A stretch of DNA of 63,838 nucleotides, counting the filler, from Chrysochromulina tobinii (Eukaryota): NCBI GenBank assembly GCA_001275005.1. It is 7 parts of 7 records of this genome, joined end to end, with 100 filler letters (N's around TTAATTAATTAA, not from the genome) between each part and the next. Parts side by side here need not be neighbours in the genome. Positions count along the whole stretch, not along the records: positions 13,759 to 29,369 come from JWZX01001110.1; positions 29,470 to 50,403 come from JWZX01001111.1; 5 more parts are not named here. One strand, 5' to 3'. This document shows positions 20,154 to 32,989 of the stretch, in pieces. A program made the position numbers and the translations under genes. Each line of letters begins with the position of its first letter. Positions within the stretch are counted from its first letter, which is position 1. Under the pieces are notes generated by a model. That model searched no databases. It saw only the letters and a list, made by a program, of their open reading frames with translations, and was not told the DNA's origin.

Positions 20154-23100
20154 TCACGCCTCGAGCTGCGCCTCCCGGAGCAGCGGCGCCGCCTCGTCGA
20201 GCTTGCCTTGGTCCTGCAGCAGCGACGCCAGGTTGCTGATGGAGGTGAGAGTGCCTGGGTGCCGATTACCAAGCGTCGAACGCAGCACCTGGAGCGCCTC
20301 CCGGAGCAGCGGCTCCGCCTCGTCGAGCTTGCCTTGTTTCTTCAGCAGCGCCCCGAGATTGTTCATGGCGGCGAGCGTTTTGGGGTGCCGATCGCCGAGC
20401 GTTGCACGGCGCCCATCGAGCGCCTCCCGGAGCAGCGGCGCCGCCTCGTCGAGCTTGCCCTGGTCCCGCAGCACCGACCCCAGATTGATGATGGAGGCGA
20501 GTGTGTCAGGGTGCAGATCGCCGAGCGTCTCGCGGCTCGCCTCGAGCGTCTCGCGGAGCAGCGGCGCCGCATCTGCGAGATTACCCTGTTTCTTCAGCAG
20601 CATCCCCAGGTTGTTCATGGTGGTCAGAGTGTCAGGGTGCCGATCGCCGAGCGTCACGCGCATGGCCTCAAGCGCCTCGCGGAGCAGCGGACCCGCCTCC
20701 TTCAGATTGCCCTGGTCCTGCAGCAACGACCCCAAGCTGTTCATGGCGGCGAGCGTTTCAGGGTGCCGATCGCCGAGTATCTCACGGCGCCCATCGAGCG
20801 ACTCCATGAGGAGTGGTTGCGCCTCATCGACATCGCCTTGGGAGTACAGCAGCATCCCCAGGTTGTTTATGGCGGCCAGAGTGTCAGGATGCCGATCGCC
20901 AAGCGTCTCACGGCACGTCTCGAGCACCTCCTGGAGCAGCGGCGCCGCCTCGTCGAGCTTGCCCTGGTCCCGCAGCAACGACCCCAAGTTGTTCATGGCG
21001 GCGAGTGTGTCCGAGTGCCGATCGCCAAGCGTCTCACGGCACGTCTCGAGCGACTCCCGGAGGAGTGGTTGCGCCTCATCGACATTGCCTTGGGAGTACA
21101 GCAGCATCCCCAGATTATTCATACAGGCGAGCGTTTCAGGGTGCCGATCGCCGAGCGTCTCACGGCTCGCCTCGAGCGCCTCCCGGAGCAGCGGCGCCGC
21201 CTCGTCGAGCTTGTCCTGGTCCTGCAGCAGCGACCCCAGATTGATTATGGAGGTGACCGTATCAGGGTGCCGATCGCCGAGCGTCGCACGACTAATCTCG
21301 AGCGCCTCCCGGAGCAGGGGCGCCGCCTCGTCGAGCTTACCCTGGTCCCGCAGCAGCAACCCCTGATTTGTGCTGGAGTCGATAGTGTTACGTTGCTTGC
21401 TCATCTCAGTAGCCGATTTGGTGGTGGCCGCTGAGGCGACGGCATCGTCCTCGTTGTCCTCGTCAACGCAAGCGCCCATCATCGCTGAAAAGAGCGCTGC
21501 CTCGGCCGCCGCCTTCTCGGCCGCCGCCTTCTCGGCCGCCGCCATCGCCGCGGCCTGGGCCTTCTCGGCCGCGGCCCTTTCAGCCGCGGCCCTCTCGGCC
21601 GCCGCCTTCTCAGCCGCTGCCCTCTCGGCCGCGGCCTTCTCGGCGGTGGCCTTTTCGGCCGCGGCCTTCTCGGCCGCCGCCTTCTCGGCCGCCGCCAACG
21701 CCGCCTTCGCCGCCGCCTCGGCCGCGGCCCTTTCAGCCGCGGCCTTCTCGGCCTCGGCCGCGGCCCTCTCGGCCGCCGCCTTCTCAGCCGCTGCCCTCTC
21801 GGCCGCGGCCTTCTCGGCGGCGGCCCTCTCAGCCGCGGCCTTGGCCGCCGCCTCGGCTGCCGCCTTCTCGGCTGCCGCCTTCTCGGCTGCCGCCTTCTCG
21901 GCCGCCGCCAACGCCGCCTTCGCCGCCGCCTCGGCCGCCTCAGCCGCGGCCCTTTCAGCCGCAGCCTTCTCGGCATCTGCCGCGGCCCTCGCGGCCGCGG
22001 CCTTCTCGGCCGCCGCCCTCTCGGCCGCGGCCTTCTCGGCGGCGGCCTTGGCCGCCGCCTCGGCTGACGCCTTCTCGGCCGCCGCCTTCTCGGCTGCCGC
22101 CTTCTCGGCTGCCGCCTTCTCGGCCGCGGCCTTCTCGGCGGCGGCCTTGGCCGCCGCCTCGGCTGACGCCTTCTCGGCCGCCACCTTCTCGGCCGCCGCC
22201 TTCTCGGCCGCCGCCTTCTCGGCCGCGGCCTTGGCCGCCTTCTCGGCCTTGGCCGCCTTCTCGGCCGCCGCCGCCTTCTCGGCCGCCATCTTCTCAGCCG
22301 CCGCCTTCTCGGCCGCCGCCCTCACGTTCTTGAAAGCCGCCGCCCTCTCGGCCGCCGCCTTCTCGGCCGCCGCCTTCTCGGTGGCGGCCTTTTCGTTGGC
22401 GGCCTTGCCTGCCGTCTGCGCTGCCGCCTCCTTCTCGGCCGCCGCTTTGGCCTCCGCCTCAGCCGCCACCTTCTCAGCTGCCGCCCTCTCGGCCTTTTCG
22501 GCCGCCGCCCTCTCGATGACGAGCGGCAGCGGCGGAGCGCTTCGTTGGGATCTCCCAACTGATTTCTGACCGTCGCTTCCTGGTGTGCGGGCACTCTTTT
22601 CATACGCGTCGCGGCCCGAGCTCGCCGGCCGGTTCCAGCCGAAAGGCGACCAGACAGAGCTCACCGATGCTGATGGCGGCACGGATGCTCGAGGGGACAT
22701 GCGGAGCGGAGGGACGCGACCTTGCACCGAGGGCCTTCGCGTCCATGAACGCTCATCAGGGCTCAAGTCCAGACTGGTGCCATCCTCTCGTGCCTTGATC
22801 TTGAGGAGCTCGGCAAGGCTCACCTTGCCGTCGCCCGAAGGGCCACCCGCACTGATGACACTTCGGGCGTCCGCTTCAGTGACGGATTCGTCAATCTCGG
22901 CAAGAAAGGCATGCAACTCTCTCAGTTCGATCCCGTTTTCGTCGGCATTCATGCGCCTAAAGCCATCGACCATCATGGCCTTGTCGACACTTGCCAATAA
23001 CATGGCGACACGATCGGTGATGCTCGAGCCTTGCGAGACGACCACTTCGGACGTGGCGGCGCCCAACACGGCGTTCATGCCTGACGCGTCGCCGCCCCAA

Positions 23101-26100
23101 AGCTCGCCCAGTGTGGGCTCGCGGCGGATGGAACGCAGCTGGGCGTTGTCGTCGTCGGGCGGGCCCGTCGACGTCGATGACGGCATTCGCTGGCATTGTG
23201 GAGTCTTGTCAGGGAGCACATTCATGGGCGTAGCGAAATGCTCGTCAGGAGGATGGTTCATGGCGGTGCGCATCCCTCCGTTGGGATCCCGTCGGGAGGG
23301 TGGCGCAACCTCGTCTACATGGTCTTGTTTCTTCCGCAGCGCCTCGAGATTGTTCATGGCGGCGAGCGTTCTGGGGTGCCGATCGCCGAGCGTCGCACGG
23401 CGCCCATCGAGCGCCTCCCGGAGCAGCGGCGCCGCTTCGTCGAGCTTGCCCTGGTCCCGCAGCAGTAACGCCAGATTGCCGATTGTGTCGAGTGTGTCAG
23501 GGTGCAGATCGCCGAGCGTCTCGCGGCTCGCCTCGAGCGCCTCCCGGAGCAGCGGCTCCGCCTCGTCGAGCTTGCCTTGTTTCTTCAGCAGCATCCCCAG
23601 GTTGTACATGATGGTCAGAGTGTCAGGGTGCCGATCGCCGAGCGTCACGCGCATGGCCTCAAGCGCCTCGCGGAGCAGCGGACCCGCCTCCTTTAGATTG
23701 CCCTGGCCATAGAGCAGCATCCCCAGGTTATTCATGGCGGCGAGCGTTTCAGGGTGCCGATCACCAAGCGTCTCACGGCACGCCTCGAGCGACTCCCTGA
23801 GGAGCGCTTGCGCCTCATCGACATTGTCTTGGGAGTACAGCAGCGACCCCAAGTTCTTCATGGCGGCCAAAGTGTCAGGATGCCGATTGCCGAGCGTCGC
23901 ACACAGAGCGTCGAGCGCCTCCCGGAGCAGCGGCTCCGCCTCGTCGAGCTTGCCCTGGTCCCGCAGCAGCGACCCCAGATTGATGATGGAGGTGGCCGTA
24001 TCAGGGTGCCGATCGCCGAGCGTCGCACGACTAATCTCGAGCGCCTCCCGGAGCAGCGGCTCCGCCTCGTCGAGCTTGCCTTGTTTCTGCAGCAGCATCC
24101 CCCGACTGTTGATGGAGGTGACGCTCCTCGAGCCGGAGGTCGAGGCACGCGGGCGACCGCTGTCTGTGCGGGCACACCTTTCATACGCGTGACGGCCCGA
24201 ACTCGCCGGCCGATCTGTGTGCATATTGACAGCAGCCAAGAAGGCAGGTTCGGGTTGTGGGATAGGCAGGACCGGAGGCTGAGCCACGCGAGGCTGAGCC
24301 AAGACGCCATCGCCAGGTGAGGCTGAGCCAGGTGAGTGTTGTTCACGCGGTTGGACGCCTTCCGCCACGGCTGGACGCGGCTGGACGCCAGAACGCGACC
24401 AGCCCGAGCGCGTCGATGTGGATGCCGACGCGGCTGCTGGTGGGACGTCGACCCGGGATATGCGAAGCGGAGGGACGTCGCCTTGCACCGAGGTCATTCC
24501 CGCCGCCGCCGCCTTCGCAGCCGTCGTTCCCTTCACCGCCGTGCCAACGGCCGCCGCCTCAAAGGCATCCACCGCCACCACCTCTGCAGCCTTCACACGG
24601 CGCTCCGCACCTCCAAACCCGTCGACGATCTGCTTGGCGGCGCTGCCGAGCTTCCTCGTTTGCGGCCGTGTGCGTACATCAGGGCTCAAGTCTGGACTGC
24701 TGTCGCACGATCGACCAAAGGACTCGGAGGACTCGGGGCTGCGAAGCGAGCGAAGGGACTGAGCGCCGTTCTGCGTCAGAGGTGGATGGGAAGGTTCCCC
24801 TTCAAGGGTCTCGGGGGCCTGTTGTGGCTGGGCTGGCTGAGGACGGCCAGAAAGGAAGTCGAGACGCCGTCGGCAGAGCAGCTGCTTCTGAGCAGCGCTG
24901 ATCGTCACCGGGGCTACCTTTAGCGCGGCGGGCGACCCGACGAACTTCCACACCACCTGCCAAGCGACGTTCGCCGCCTCGAGCAGCGGATTGTCGGAGG
25001 GCACCTGCGCGTCGAGCATCGCGTCTGCCAGCGTGCGCCAACGGAAGGCAAATTCATGCCGCCGTCTGAGGCGGCGGCTCATCTTCAGCCAATTAGCACG
25101 TGCGCGGCGGTAGAGCGAGTCAAGGAGCGATCGCCGCATCACGAGTACTGGCCGCAATTGCCTTTGTATAATCGACGCCGCGAGGGAGCGAATCTCGATC
25201 CTCATCGCCTCCGCGTTGCGCCGGCGTACGGCGGGGCTGAGTCCCGTGCGCACTTGCCTCTGCAGGGTGGTCGCCGCCTGCTCCAGGCGCTGCTCCAGGC
25301 GAAACGCCTCGATCCTGGCCTTAAACTCGCGCTTAATCTCGCGCAGCTTCAGTTTCTTGCGCAGTCGGATCTGCACCCGCGTCGCCGCCGCCTCGCGCGC
25401 CACCTTAGCGGCGCGTGCCTGCAGCAACTTCCGCTTCGCCAGCAAGGCGCGCGCCCTCGCTTGCAGCAAAACCGCCCTCGTTTCCTGCTGCGCCTTCTCC
25501 GCCTTGCGCCGCTGCTCGCTCAGGCGGCGACATCGGCGGCGCAAGCACCACAGCAGGATGGCTCCGAGCAAGGCAACGGGTCCCACAGCGGCATAGATCA
25601 CGCTGAGGATTGCGGGAGAGATGCTGCCAGCTTTGGCCACGACGCGCGTCGCCGTTGAGCCGTTGTGAAGAGCGGGGCTGCTCGGAGAGGCGGTCGCCGC
25701 CTGGACGATCGGCCCCTCCAAAGCATCCACGGTGAGCGAGGACGTGGCATTGTAGTGAACCCCGACGGCGACTGTGAGGCTTTGAGGGGTCTGTGCCGCC
25801 AGCACAACGACGTAATTCGTGGCGACGGTGCGGTTGGGCGCGGAGATGACGGCGGTGGCACGCACGGAGGCCGCCTCGACCATTAGAGTCACACGCGCCG
25901 GTGCCACGCCCAGAAGAGCCGCCATGCCTTGTCTGAGTGCAAGCCGCTCGGCGTCGCCGAATTGATCGACTGTCCACGACTGGAGCACGAGCGTAAAATA
26001 GACTTGATACCCTTGGTAGATATGCCCTGGAGGTGCGGGCGGCCACGACGGTGGCAACGGAGATGATGGGAAGGGCGCGGCGGGTGGGCGCAAGTGGGGC

Positions 26101-29100
26101 GATGGCGGCTGCTGCGGAGGTTGCGGCGGCGGTTGGTAAGGCAGCGGAGGAGACGGAGACGGTGGCGGCGAGGGTGGCGGTGAGGGTGGTGGCGGCGAGG
26201 GCGGCGGCGGTGAAGGCGGTGGCCAGGGCGGCGGCCGCGAAGGCGGCGGCCGCGAAGGCGGCGGCGGCGGTAGTTGTGGCATGTCCAAGGGGACCCCTGG
26301 TGGATACTGCGGTGGCGGCGGCGATGGCGGCGGTGGCGAGGGCTGCGGCGCCGAGGGTGGCGGCGGCGATGGCGGCGGCGGCGACGAGGGTGGATGCGAG
26401 GGTGGCGGCCGCAAGGGTGGCGGCGAGGGTGGGCTACGCGGCGGCGGTGATGGGGGGGGCGGCGATGGCGGCGGCAAAGGTGGCTGCGAGGGCGGTGGTG
26501 GCGAGGGCGGTGGCTGCGAGGGCGGCGGCGGCGAGGGCGGCGGCGGCGAGGGCGATGGCGGCGGCGGCGATGGCGAGGGTGGCGGAGGCGACGAGGGTGG
26601 CGGACGAGGTGGCGGGGGCGAGGGATTAGGCCGTGAGGGCGGTAGAGACGGCGGCAGAGGTGACGGCGGGGGTGGTGACGGTGAAGGAGGCGGTGGCGAC
26701 GGCGGCGGCAACGGTGGAGGAGGTAATGGCGGTGGGGACGGTGGCGGTGGTGAGGGTGGTGGCGATGGCGGACGAAAGAAGCGCCGTCCACAGTCCGTGC
26801 AATCCGTGCCAAAGGCGCACTGTGCCGGCGTGCCGTACAGGTCGGTAAGCGAGCCAGGCCCACCGTCCTGGCACGCGCCGTTGCTGGCGAAAGACCCACA
26901 CGACTCGTCGCATGCCATAGGTGGGGGTGGCGTTGAGGGTGGTGGCGGAGACGGCGACGGCGGCGGCGGCGACGGCGGGAACCTGTACCGTGCGCCGCAG
27001 TCGGCGCAGTCCGTGGCGAAGGCGCACTGAGCCACGGTACCATACAGATCAGTGAACGAGTTTGGCCCACCGTCCTGGCAGGCGCCATTCCGGGCCTGCA
27101 CACACGAGTTGGCACACCACATCGGCGGAGGCGTGGACGGCGGCTGCGAAGGGGTAGGCGAGGGCGGCGGCGGCGAGGGCGGCGGCGGCGAGGGCGGCGG
27201 CGGCGAGGGCGGCGGCGGCGAGGGTGAGGGCGGCGGCGGCGAGGGCGGCGGTGGTGTGAGCGAGGGCGAGGGCGGCGGCGGCGGCGGGGGTGACAGAGCA
27301 ACCGCAGCAAGTCCTCGGCGTGCAGTAATCAGAGATGAAGCAGATGACCATGTGTTGCTAACAGCATCATACCGTTCTACTGAATTGACGTTGTGGCAAC
27401 AAGGAGCCCATCCACCAACTGCGTACAGGAAACCGTTGTAGGCTGCAAACCCAAATACAAAGCGGGCTGTGCCAAGTGGTGCGACAGATGCCCACGTATT
27501 ACTATTGGGGTCATATCTCTGGACAGTATCCACAACGCCGTTCGCACTGTTCTTGCCGCCTGCTGCATAGATGTAGCCATTCAAAGCTGCTACACCAAGT
27601 GAATGTCGTACTATGCCCAGCGATGCAACATACGTCCACGTATTTGTAGTGGGGTCATATCTCTCAGCAGAGCTGAGACCATCCCCCCCAACAACATACA
27701 GCAAGCCATTTAGCGCTGCTGCACCAGGCCCTCCACGTCCAGCAAGAAGAGGAGACACATAGACCCAGGTGTTTGCTGTTGCATCATAGCGTTCTACTGA
27801 TTGAAGATTGCCCCAGCCCCCTGCTGCATAAATATAGCCATTGAGTGTTGCGACGCCCATTCCTGATCGAGCAGTTCCAAGAGATGCAACATAGGACCAT
27901 GTATTACCATCAACATCGTACTTCTCGACCGAGCTCAGTATCACACCATTATTGTCACCACCAACTGCATAAACGAATCGTCCGAGTGCTGCCACTCCAA
28001 GATGATATCGAGATGTGCCTATGGTTGCGACGCTCAACCAAGCGTTGCTGGTAGAGGAAAACTTTTCAACCTTGTTGCTAGGTGGACCGCAGCAGCCCTC
28101 GTACCCTGAAATGGCGTACAAGCTTTCGGGCAAGGGCGTGGACGCAGGCGGCGGCGGCGAGGGCGAGGGCGGCGGCGGCGAGGGCGAGGGCGGCGGCGGC
28201 GAGGACGGCGGGAGCGAGGGTGGCGGCGAGAGCGTGCTCATGCAGAGCATCGGCGCCGTTCCTCGGATGTACACATCAGCACCATTGTGGTAAGGAAGCA
28301 CTGCGCTAGCATGACCTTCAATGCTATCCCCCCCGTACAACATTTGGCCGGCGGCGCTCGCCTGAGCGTGGTCAGTCAAGCTGATCCAGGGATCCTCGGG
28401 GTTCCAGAAGCGCCGGTACCAACGGGCTGTGTACGGAGTTGCGCTTATCGATGATTTGAGGATGGCACGTGGCTCGTTCTCGTAGAAACCGCCGAGCACG
28501 GCATCCTTGGTCGCAATCAGCCACTTCTGGCAGTCACCCGTCGAGAACAAAAACTGGCTGAAGTTCAGATGATCGAACCGAATTGAGAAGCTCCCACTTC
28601 CTGGGGTCCCGTACACATCAGTGCCCACCAGCCGATCAGTCGCGCTATGCCAAGTGTAGCCCCGTTGGACGCGCCGCACAAGACACCAGCCGCCGCCATC
28701 AATGGAGGAGCACGTGCCAACGGCGAAAGGCGGCGAGGGCGGCGGCGGTGACGGTGACGGCGGCGGCGGGGACGGTGGCGGCGGCGAGGGTGACAGAGAG
28801 TACGTCTGTCTTTTGCCTGAAGTATCTTGACTAGCTCGGGAGTCCAGATTGATCCACGAAATCCCGTCAGAGCTTGCCTGAAAGATCCAACCAGTTATAG
28901 AAGGCACGGGATTTACCGAAGATTCAACATGGTATGCAACTAACTCTTGAGGGGCATCGAATCGGTATTGCAGCCACTGCGGAGGACCAGGGGAACTTGT
29001 CCTGTATGATGTCCACATGCAGGCGAAGGAGGCGGAGCAAGCTTGCCCATTGGCAGGAACTCCATATCCAAGGAAAGCATGATGAGGCCTCCCTTGGCTT

Positions 29101-29369
29101 GCATCATAAGAGGATGCAGAGCACTGAGTAGTAGTAGAACAAGAAACATTCAACTCGCCAGATGGGCTGCTGAACGCAAGAGTTTTTGCACCAACACGTG
29201 TGGCTCCATCAACAGCATACCATGCCCCACCGCTGGCAGTGATGTAGAGACGAAAGAACGAGAACGTCGGGCCTCTGGGAATTGAAGGGCTCGGCGGCGA
29301 GGACGAGGGCGGAGGCGGCGAGGGCGAGGGCGGCGGCGGCGAGGGCGAGGGGGGCGAGGGCGGCGAGGG
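20154..29369 (-). CDS. Giant single-pass receptor-like protein (>3000 aa, 5' truncated): F5/8C-like, Kelch propeller, Cys-rich repeats, Pro-rich stalks, TM, IQ-like, TPR clusters, EF-hand pair, AEKAA repeats
   Basis: Intronless 2999-aa ORF whose frame stays open to the gap at 29370. Kelch repeats ([14 protein letters not shown]...W), [37 protein letters not shown], kinesin-light-chain-type TPR repeats ([14 protein letters not shown]), [14 protein letters not shown] / DGKVSLAEL. Confidence 0.88.
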   Translation of the reverse strand, partial: PSPPSPPSPSPPPPSPSPPPPSSSPPSPSIPRGPTFSFFRLYITASGGAWYAVDGATRVGAKTLAFSSPSGELNVSCSTTTQCSASSYDASQGRPHHAFLGYGVPANGQACSASFACMWTSYRTSSPGPPQWLQYRFDAPQELVAYHVESSVNPVPSITGWIFQASSDGISWINLDSRASQDTSGKRQTYSLSPSPPPPSPPPPSPSPPPPSPPFAVGTCSSIDGGGWCLVRRVQRGYTWHSATDRLVGTDVYGTPGSGSFSIRFDHLNFSQFLFSTGDCQKWLIATKDAVLGGFYENEPRAILKSSISATPYTARWYRRFWNPEDPWISLTDHAQASAAGQMLYGGDSIEGHASAVLPYHNGADVYIRGTAPMLCMSTLSPPPSLPPSSPPPPSPSPPPPSPSPPPPASTPLPESLYAISGYEGCCGPPSNKVEKFSSTSNAWLSVATIGTSRYHLGVAALGRFVYAVGGDNNGVILSSVEKYDVDGNTWSYVASLGTARSGMGVATLNGYIYAAGGWGNLQSVERYDATANTWVYVSPLLAGRGGPGAAALNGLLYVVGGDGLSSAERYDPTTNTWTYVASLGIVRHSLGVAALNGYIYAAGGKNSANGVVDTVQRYDPNSNTWASVAPLGTARFVFGFAAYNGFLYAVGGWAPCCHNVNSVERYDAVSNTWSSASSLITARRGLAAVALSPPPPPPPSPSLTPPPPSPPPPSPSPPPPSPPPPSPPPPSPPPPSPTPSQPPSTPPPMWCANSCVQARNGACQDGGPNSFTDLYGTVAQCAFATDCADCGARYRFPPSPPPPSPSPPPPSTPPPPMACDESCGSFASNGACQDGGPGSLTDLYGTPAQCAFGTDCTDCGRRFFRPPSPPPSPPPPSPPPLPPPPLPPPSPPPPSPSPPPPSPLPPSLPPSRPNPSPPPPRPPPSSPPPPSPSPPPPSPSPPPPSPPPPSQPPPSPPPPSQPPLPPPSPPPPSPPPRSPPSPPPLRPPPSHPPSSPPPPSPPPPSAPQPSPPPPSPPPPQYPPGVPLDMPQLPPPPPSRPPPSRPPPWPPPSPPPPSPPPPSPPPSPPPSPSPPLPYQPPPQPPQQPPSPHLRPPAAPFPSSPLPPSWPPAPPGHIYQGYQVYFTLVLQSWTVDQFGDAERLALRQGMAALLGVAPARVTLMVEAASVRATAVISAPNRTVATNYVVVLAAQTPQSLTVAVGVHYNATSSLTVDALEGPIVQAATASPSSPALHNGSTATRVVAKAGSISPAILSVIYAAVGPVALLGAILLWCLRRRCRRLSEQRRKAEKAQQETRAVLLQARARALLAKRKLLQARAAKVAREAAATRVQIRLRKKLKLREIKREFKARIEAFRLEQRLEQAATTLQRQVRTGLSPAVRRRNAEAMRIEIRSLAASIIQRQLRPVLVMRRSLLDSLYRRARANWLKMSRRLRRRHEFAFRWRTLADAMLDAQVPSDNPLLEAANVAWQVVWKFVGSPAALKVAPVTISAAQKQLLCRRRLDFLSGRPQPAQPQQAPETLEGEPSHPPLTQNGAQSLRSLRSPESSESFGRSCDSSPDLSPDVRTRPQTRKLGSAAKQIVDGFGGAERRVKAAEVVAVDAFEAAAVGTAVKGTTAAKAAAAGMTSVQGDVPPLRISRVDVPPAAASASTSTRSGWSRSGVQPRPAVAEGVQPREQHSPGSASPGDGVLAQPRVAQPPVLPIPQPEPAFLAAVNMHTDRPASSGRHAYERCARTDSGRPRASTSGSRSVTSINSRGMLLQKQGKLDEAEPLLREALEISRATLGDRHPDTATSIINLGSLLRDQGKLDEAEPLLREALDALCATLGNRHPDTLAAMKNLGSLLYSQDNVDEAQALLRESLEACRETLGDRHPETLAAMNNLGMLLYGQGNLKEAGPLLREALEAMRVTLGDRHPDTLTIMYNLGMLLKKQGKLDEAEPLLREALEASRETLGDLHPDTLDTIGNLALLLRDQGKLDEAAPLLREALDGRRATLGDRHPRTLAAMNNLEALRKKQDHVDEVAPPSRRDPNGGMRTAMNHPPDEHFATPMNVLPDKTPQCQRMPSSTSTGPPDDDNAQLRSIRREPTLGELWGGDASGMNAVLGAATSEVVVSQGSSITDRVAMLLASVDKAMMVDGFRRMNADENGIELRELHAFLAEIDESVTEADARSVISAGGPSGDGKVSLAELLKIKAREDGTSLDLSPDERSWTRRPSVQGRVPPLRMSPRASVPPSASVSSVWSPFGWNRPASSGRDAYEKSARTPGSDGQKSVGRSQRSAPPLPLVIERAAAEKAERAAAEKVAAEAEAKAAAEKEAAAQTAGKAANEKAATEKAAAEKAAAERAAAFKNVRAAAEKAAAEKMAAEKAAAAEKAAKAEKAAKAAAEKAAAEKAAAEKVAAEKASAEAAAKAAAEKAAAEKAAAEKAAAEKAAAEKASAEAAAKAAAEKAAAERAAAEKAAAARAAADAEKAAAERAAAEAAEAAAKAALAAAEKAAAEKAAAEKAAAEAAAKAAAERAAAEKAAAERAAAEKAAAERAAAEAEKAAAERAAAEAAAKAALAAAEKAAAEKAAAEKATAEKAAAERAAAEKAAAERAAAERAAAEKAQAAAMAAAEKAAAEKAAAEAALFSAMMGACVDEDNEDDAVASAATTKSATEMSKQRNTIDSSTNQGLLLRDQGKLDEAAPLLREALEISRATLGDRHPDTVTSIINLGSLLQDQDKLDEAAPLLREALEASRETLGDRHPETLACMNNLGMLLYSQGNVDEAQPLLRESLETCRETLGDRHSDTLAAMNNLGSLLRDQGKLDEAAPLLQEVLETCRETLGDRHPDTLAAINNLGMLLYSQGDVDEAQPLLMESLDGRREILGDRHPETLAAMNSLGSLLQDQGNLKEAGPLLREALEAMRVTLGDRHPDTLTTMNNLGMLLKKQGNLADAAPLLRETLEASRETLGDLHPDTLASIINLGSVLRDQGKLDEAAPLLREALDGRRATLGDRHPKTLAAMNNLGALLKKQGKLDEAEPLLREALQVLRSTLGNRHPGTLTSISNLASLLQDQGKLDEAAPLLREAQLEA
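21497..22512 (-). repeat. Low-complexity ([10 protein letters not shown])n coding repeat
   Basis: Degenerate 15-bp GCCGAGAAGGCGGCG units within the giant ORF. Confidence 0.9.
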
Positions 29370-29469
29370 NNNNNNNNNNNNNNNNNNNNNNNNNNNNNNN
29401 NNNNNNNNNNNNNTTAATTAATTAANNNNNNNNNNNNNNNNNNNNNNNNNNNNNNNNNNNNNNNNNNNN
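29370..29469. other. Artificial contig spacer
   Basis: N run - TTAATTAATTAA - N run. Confidence 0.98.
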
Positions 29470-29607
29470 CGGCTACCTAGCGCATGTTGGCCCTTGACCT
29501 CTCCAGGTTCCGGACAGTCGGCATGAGGTCGCAAAAGACGCCCATCGTGGCGCTTCGACCCTCTCCCCACGTCCCACCCTTCCGTGCTCCCATCGCTCAT
29601 CTGGCAG

Positions 29608-30974
29608 CTACTACATGTTCCATCTCAAGAATCGAGAATTCTCCTTCGATGTCGACATGTCCAAGATGCCGTGCGGCCTCAACGGCGCACTGTACTTCGT
29701 GCAGATGGACCAGGACGGCGGCAAAGCCAAGTACTCGGGCAACGAGGGCGGCGCCAAGTATGGCACCGGCTACTGCGACGCGCAGTGCCCACACGACCTC
29801 AAGTTCATCAACGGCGAGCCCAACCTGCTCGACTGGCACCCATCGGCCACCGACCCGAACGCGGGTACGTGCTATGCACCGCGCTATCGTCCTGACTCCT
29901 GAACCTCGCACCGAACCACTGGAACGTGCGGGCAAGTTTGGGGCAAGTCTGCAAGTTTTGGGTGCGTGTCTGCAATCTCCTCTGACCTGGGTGCCTCTCT
30001 GCTCAGGTACGGGCAAGTACGGCACGTGCTGTGTGGAGATGGACATCTGGGAGGCAAACTCGGTCTCGACTGCCTACACAGCCCACGCATGCGATGTCAC
30101 CAGCCAGACCCGGTGCGACGGCATCTCGTGCGGTGACAACCCGGACCACCGCTTCGACGGCCACTGCGACAAGAACGGGTGCGACTTCCAGACGTTCCGA
30201 CTCGGCAATGAGACGTTCTACGGCCCGGGCGGCCAGTTCGTGCTCGACACGACACAGCCTATGACCGTCGTGACACAGTTCTTCACGGCCGACGGCACCG
30301 ACCACGGCAAGCTCGTCGAGATGCGCCGCTTCTACCGCCAGGGCTCGAAGACCATTCAGACGCCGTCGATCGTCGTAGGTGGCGCGCCTCACGATTCGCT
30401 CACGACGCCCTACTGCACGGCCGAGCGGGACCTGTTCAAGGACGGCACCAACTTCCTCCAAAAAGGCGGTCTCAACTCGATGGATGACGCATACGACAAG
30501 GGCATGGTGCTGGTTATGTCCATCTGGGACGATCACGATGTGAACATGCTCTGGCTCGATTCGATTTACCCGCCGACGGGCGGGCCGGGCTCGCGCCGAG
30601 GCACTTGCTCCAACACCTCAGGAGTGCCGTCCGAGATCGAGAAGACGGCCGCCTCCTCGCACGTGACCTTCTCCAACATCCGCTTCGGCCCGATCGGCTC
30701 CACTGGTGCGACCACCGTCACGCACGCCGCCAAGCCCCTGCTCGTCGAGCTTGCCGCGAACGCCAGCGCGCCATGGGCGCAGTGCACGAGCGCCTCGGGC
30801 TGCACCACTGGATGGGAATGCACGCAGCACTCGACTGACTTCTCCTTCAAACAGTGCACCCCTTCGACCGCGCTGCACAAGGCCTTCCTCGCGACGCGGC
30901 CCGACGCAGCCGCCCTCAAAGCCTTCATGGATAAGGGCACCACGCACTTCGCCGCGTCCGGCCTGCCAGCTTAG
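29608..30974 (+). CDS. Glycoside hydrolase family 7 (cellobiohydrolase-like), 5' truncated
   Basis: Exons 29608-29864 and 30007-30974 (intron 29865-30006). [35 protein letters not shown], catalytic [40 protein letters not shown]. Confidence 0.95.
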
Positions 30975-31545
30975 TAGAAAGGAATGGATCTTGCCTTCTC
31001 GCCAACTCTCTCCGCAAGCTGCGTCGACCGTCGCGTGCTGTTAAAATCGCGAATGAAGACCCATGTGAAGACCACAGAATCGAATCGAGATTCGAATACC
31101 ATACGCATATGTTGTACAGTTATGTCTGTGAATCGGAAGTAGCGATGTCTAGCGAATGAAGCGAATCCAAGACCCGACCGCAATGGAGCGTGGAACTCTC
31201 AAAGGACTAGGCCAGGGACTAGGCTCCCTCTAGAAACATGATAAGACGCGGGAAACATGATGACGCGGAAATGTGGTGCGAGAATCACGGAGTCGCGGGA
31301 TCGCTGCGCGTCGCGCGTGCGAATGAAGCGCGAGCCCGGATCCGGGACGACCACGGCATCGGCGGTAGCCGGGTAGGCCCCCCCCCCCCCCGCCCTCGGC
31401 GCTCGGGCTGTCGTGGGCGGAGACGCGACGCGCGGATGTGTGGCCAGTGGCGTGTGCGCAATGCCTGCGATGCGAATTGCAACTGTCATTCCTCACCACG
31501 GCCTCCGTCATTTCGCGCACATCACGCCTCGCCTCTGGGATGGCA

Positions 31546-32826
31546 TCAGAGGTCTAACTGCGGAAACTTGCACCTTCTCAACGCGAATCGTAGGGTACGA
31601 TGCTCCTCGCTCTGGCGGAACGCGGCCGCCTTGAGGGCAAAGACCCCAGCAGCCTGTCGCCGCAGCCATGAGCAGTTCGCGGTGATACGTTCCTCGCGCC
31701 ACAATCCGGCGTGCGCGTCTATCGCGCTGATGGGCCACTGAATGTGGAATCTCACATCAGCGTCCTCTGTCGCCTCGTCGGCCACGCTCGCCGCCGGCAG
31801 CTCGAGATTCAATTTAGGCTGCTCCGTGAGCGAGCGACACAAGACATCGCCTCGCGGTGGACCCGAGCGGGAGTCCGTAACGAGGCTACCGGCATTGCTG
31901 CCGCGCTGCCACTCGTCATGGCTCACTAAGCCGTTGGCGACGATGGTCTGCAGGACCATCTCCTCCGCGCAGAAATTCGGAGCGTGGTAACCGCCACTCG
32001 GAATTTTCTCCCACGTAGCGCTGGGATTGCAGCATTTCTGCTTCCACAGCGCAAGCGGCTGCTCGCTCGGGAGCACGCGGCGCGCGGCTGTGGAAAGGTT
32101 GGCGATCAACTGAAAGGCGCGGAGCGCGTCCTCAAGGCGATAGAAACTCCCCTCGTGCTTCCCCATGATTAGGAATCGCACGCCGTCGAGAGATGGCATC
32201 AAACAGGGCCTCGCAGTACGGTCGAGCGAAGCGTATAGTGTCGTACAGGACTCGATCTCACTAGAAGCATCAATGACCGAGCAGTCCTGCAAGGCATGCC
32301 GAGTCTTGTCCTGATGAAATTGACGACACTGAGTTGACGTGCTGATGCGCGGCAGGCTCTGCTGCATCATGCGAACGTACTTCTCCATCCCTGGACGCAC
32401 CCACCACATGTTGGATGCTTGGAACACGATGAAGCTCGATGGCGAGAGGCCACGGCCGTGAGCCCACCTGACGTTCATGCCCATGGCATGTAGGATGGAT
32501 CCCGACGCTCGCCGCACTGAAACGCGAAGGCAATTAATGAGAACCCGCGGCTGCTGCCACAGCCAGTTGAAGTCTGCATCATCATTCGCGTAGGTCGTCA
32601 GTCGATTGAGGTGCAACACAATAGCCGTGGACGACTCCGTGTGGTTCAGCGTATTCTCCACGAGATTCCGAATGTAACTCGCAGACTCAAAAGCATTGAT
32701 TGAGACTATGACACGTGCATCCCATCCCGCTGGTACAGTCTGTGCGCGACGCAACGGAAAGCCTTCACAGGTCAAAAGCGACGCGGCATCTGGTACATTC
32801 CCTTCCATAGCAAAAAAAAAAAGCAA
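31546..32826 (-). CDS. Hypothetical protein
   Basis: 426-aa non-repetitive ORF. The start lies at a homopolymer run and is uncertain; no family confidently recognised. Confidence 0.55.
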   Translation of the reverse strand: MLFFFAMEGNVPDAASLLTCEGFPLRRAQTVPAGWDARVIVSINAFESASYIRNLVENTLNHTESSTAIVLHLNRLTTYANDDADFNWLWQQPRVLINCLRVSVRRASGSILHAMGMNVRWAHGRGLSPSSFIVFQASNMWWVRPGMEKYVRMMQQSLPRISTSTQCRQFHQDKTRHALQDCSVIDASSEIESCTTLYASLDRTARPCLMPSLDGVRFLIMGKHEGSFYRLEDALRAFQLIANLSTAARRVLPSEQPLALWKQKCCNPSATWEKIPSGGYHAPNFCAEEMVLQTIVANGLVSHDEWQRGSNAGSLVTDSRSGPPRGDVLCRSLTEQPKLNLELPAASVADEATEDADVRFHIQWPISAIDAHAGLWREERITANCSWLRRQAAGVFALKAAAFRQSEEHRTLRFALRRCKFPQLDL

Positions 32827-32989
32827 TGCCTTTCATGAAATTCCAAAAGCGTGAACCAAGTGTGAACGATTCCTGGCCACCCTCACTTTCACTCCCCTGT
32901 TTCGGACCCGTCTCACCGCCCCCGCCATGAGCTTGAAGATCGTTCACGCGATCGAGTCTTTTCACAACCTACCGGTAATCGCGAGCACA

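Noticed and set aside
20073..27441. Plus-strand ORFs opposite the giant TPR/Kelch gene
   Set aside because: Antisense shadows of GC-rich repetitive coding sequence.
31546..32826. Possible glycosyltransferase assignment
   Set aside because: No diagnostic motif I can support; left as hypothetical.
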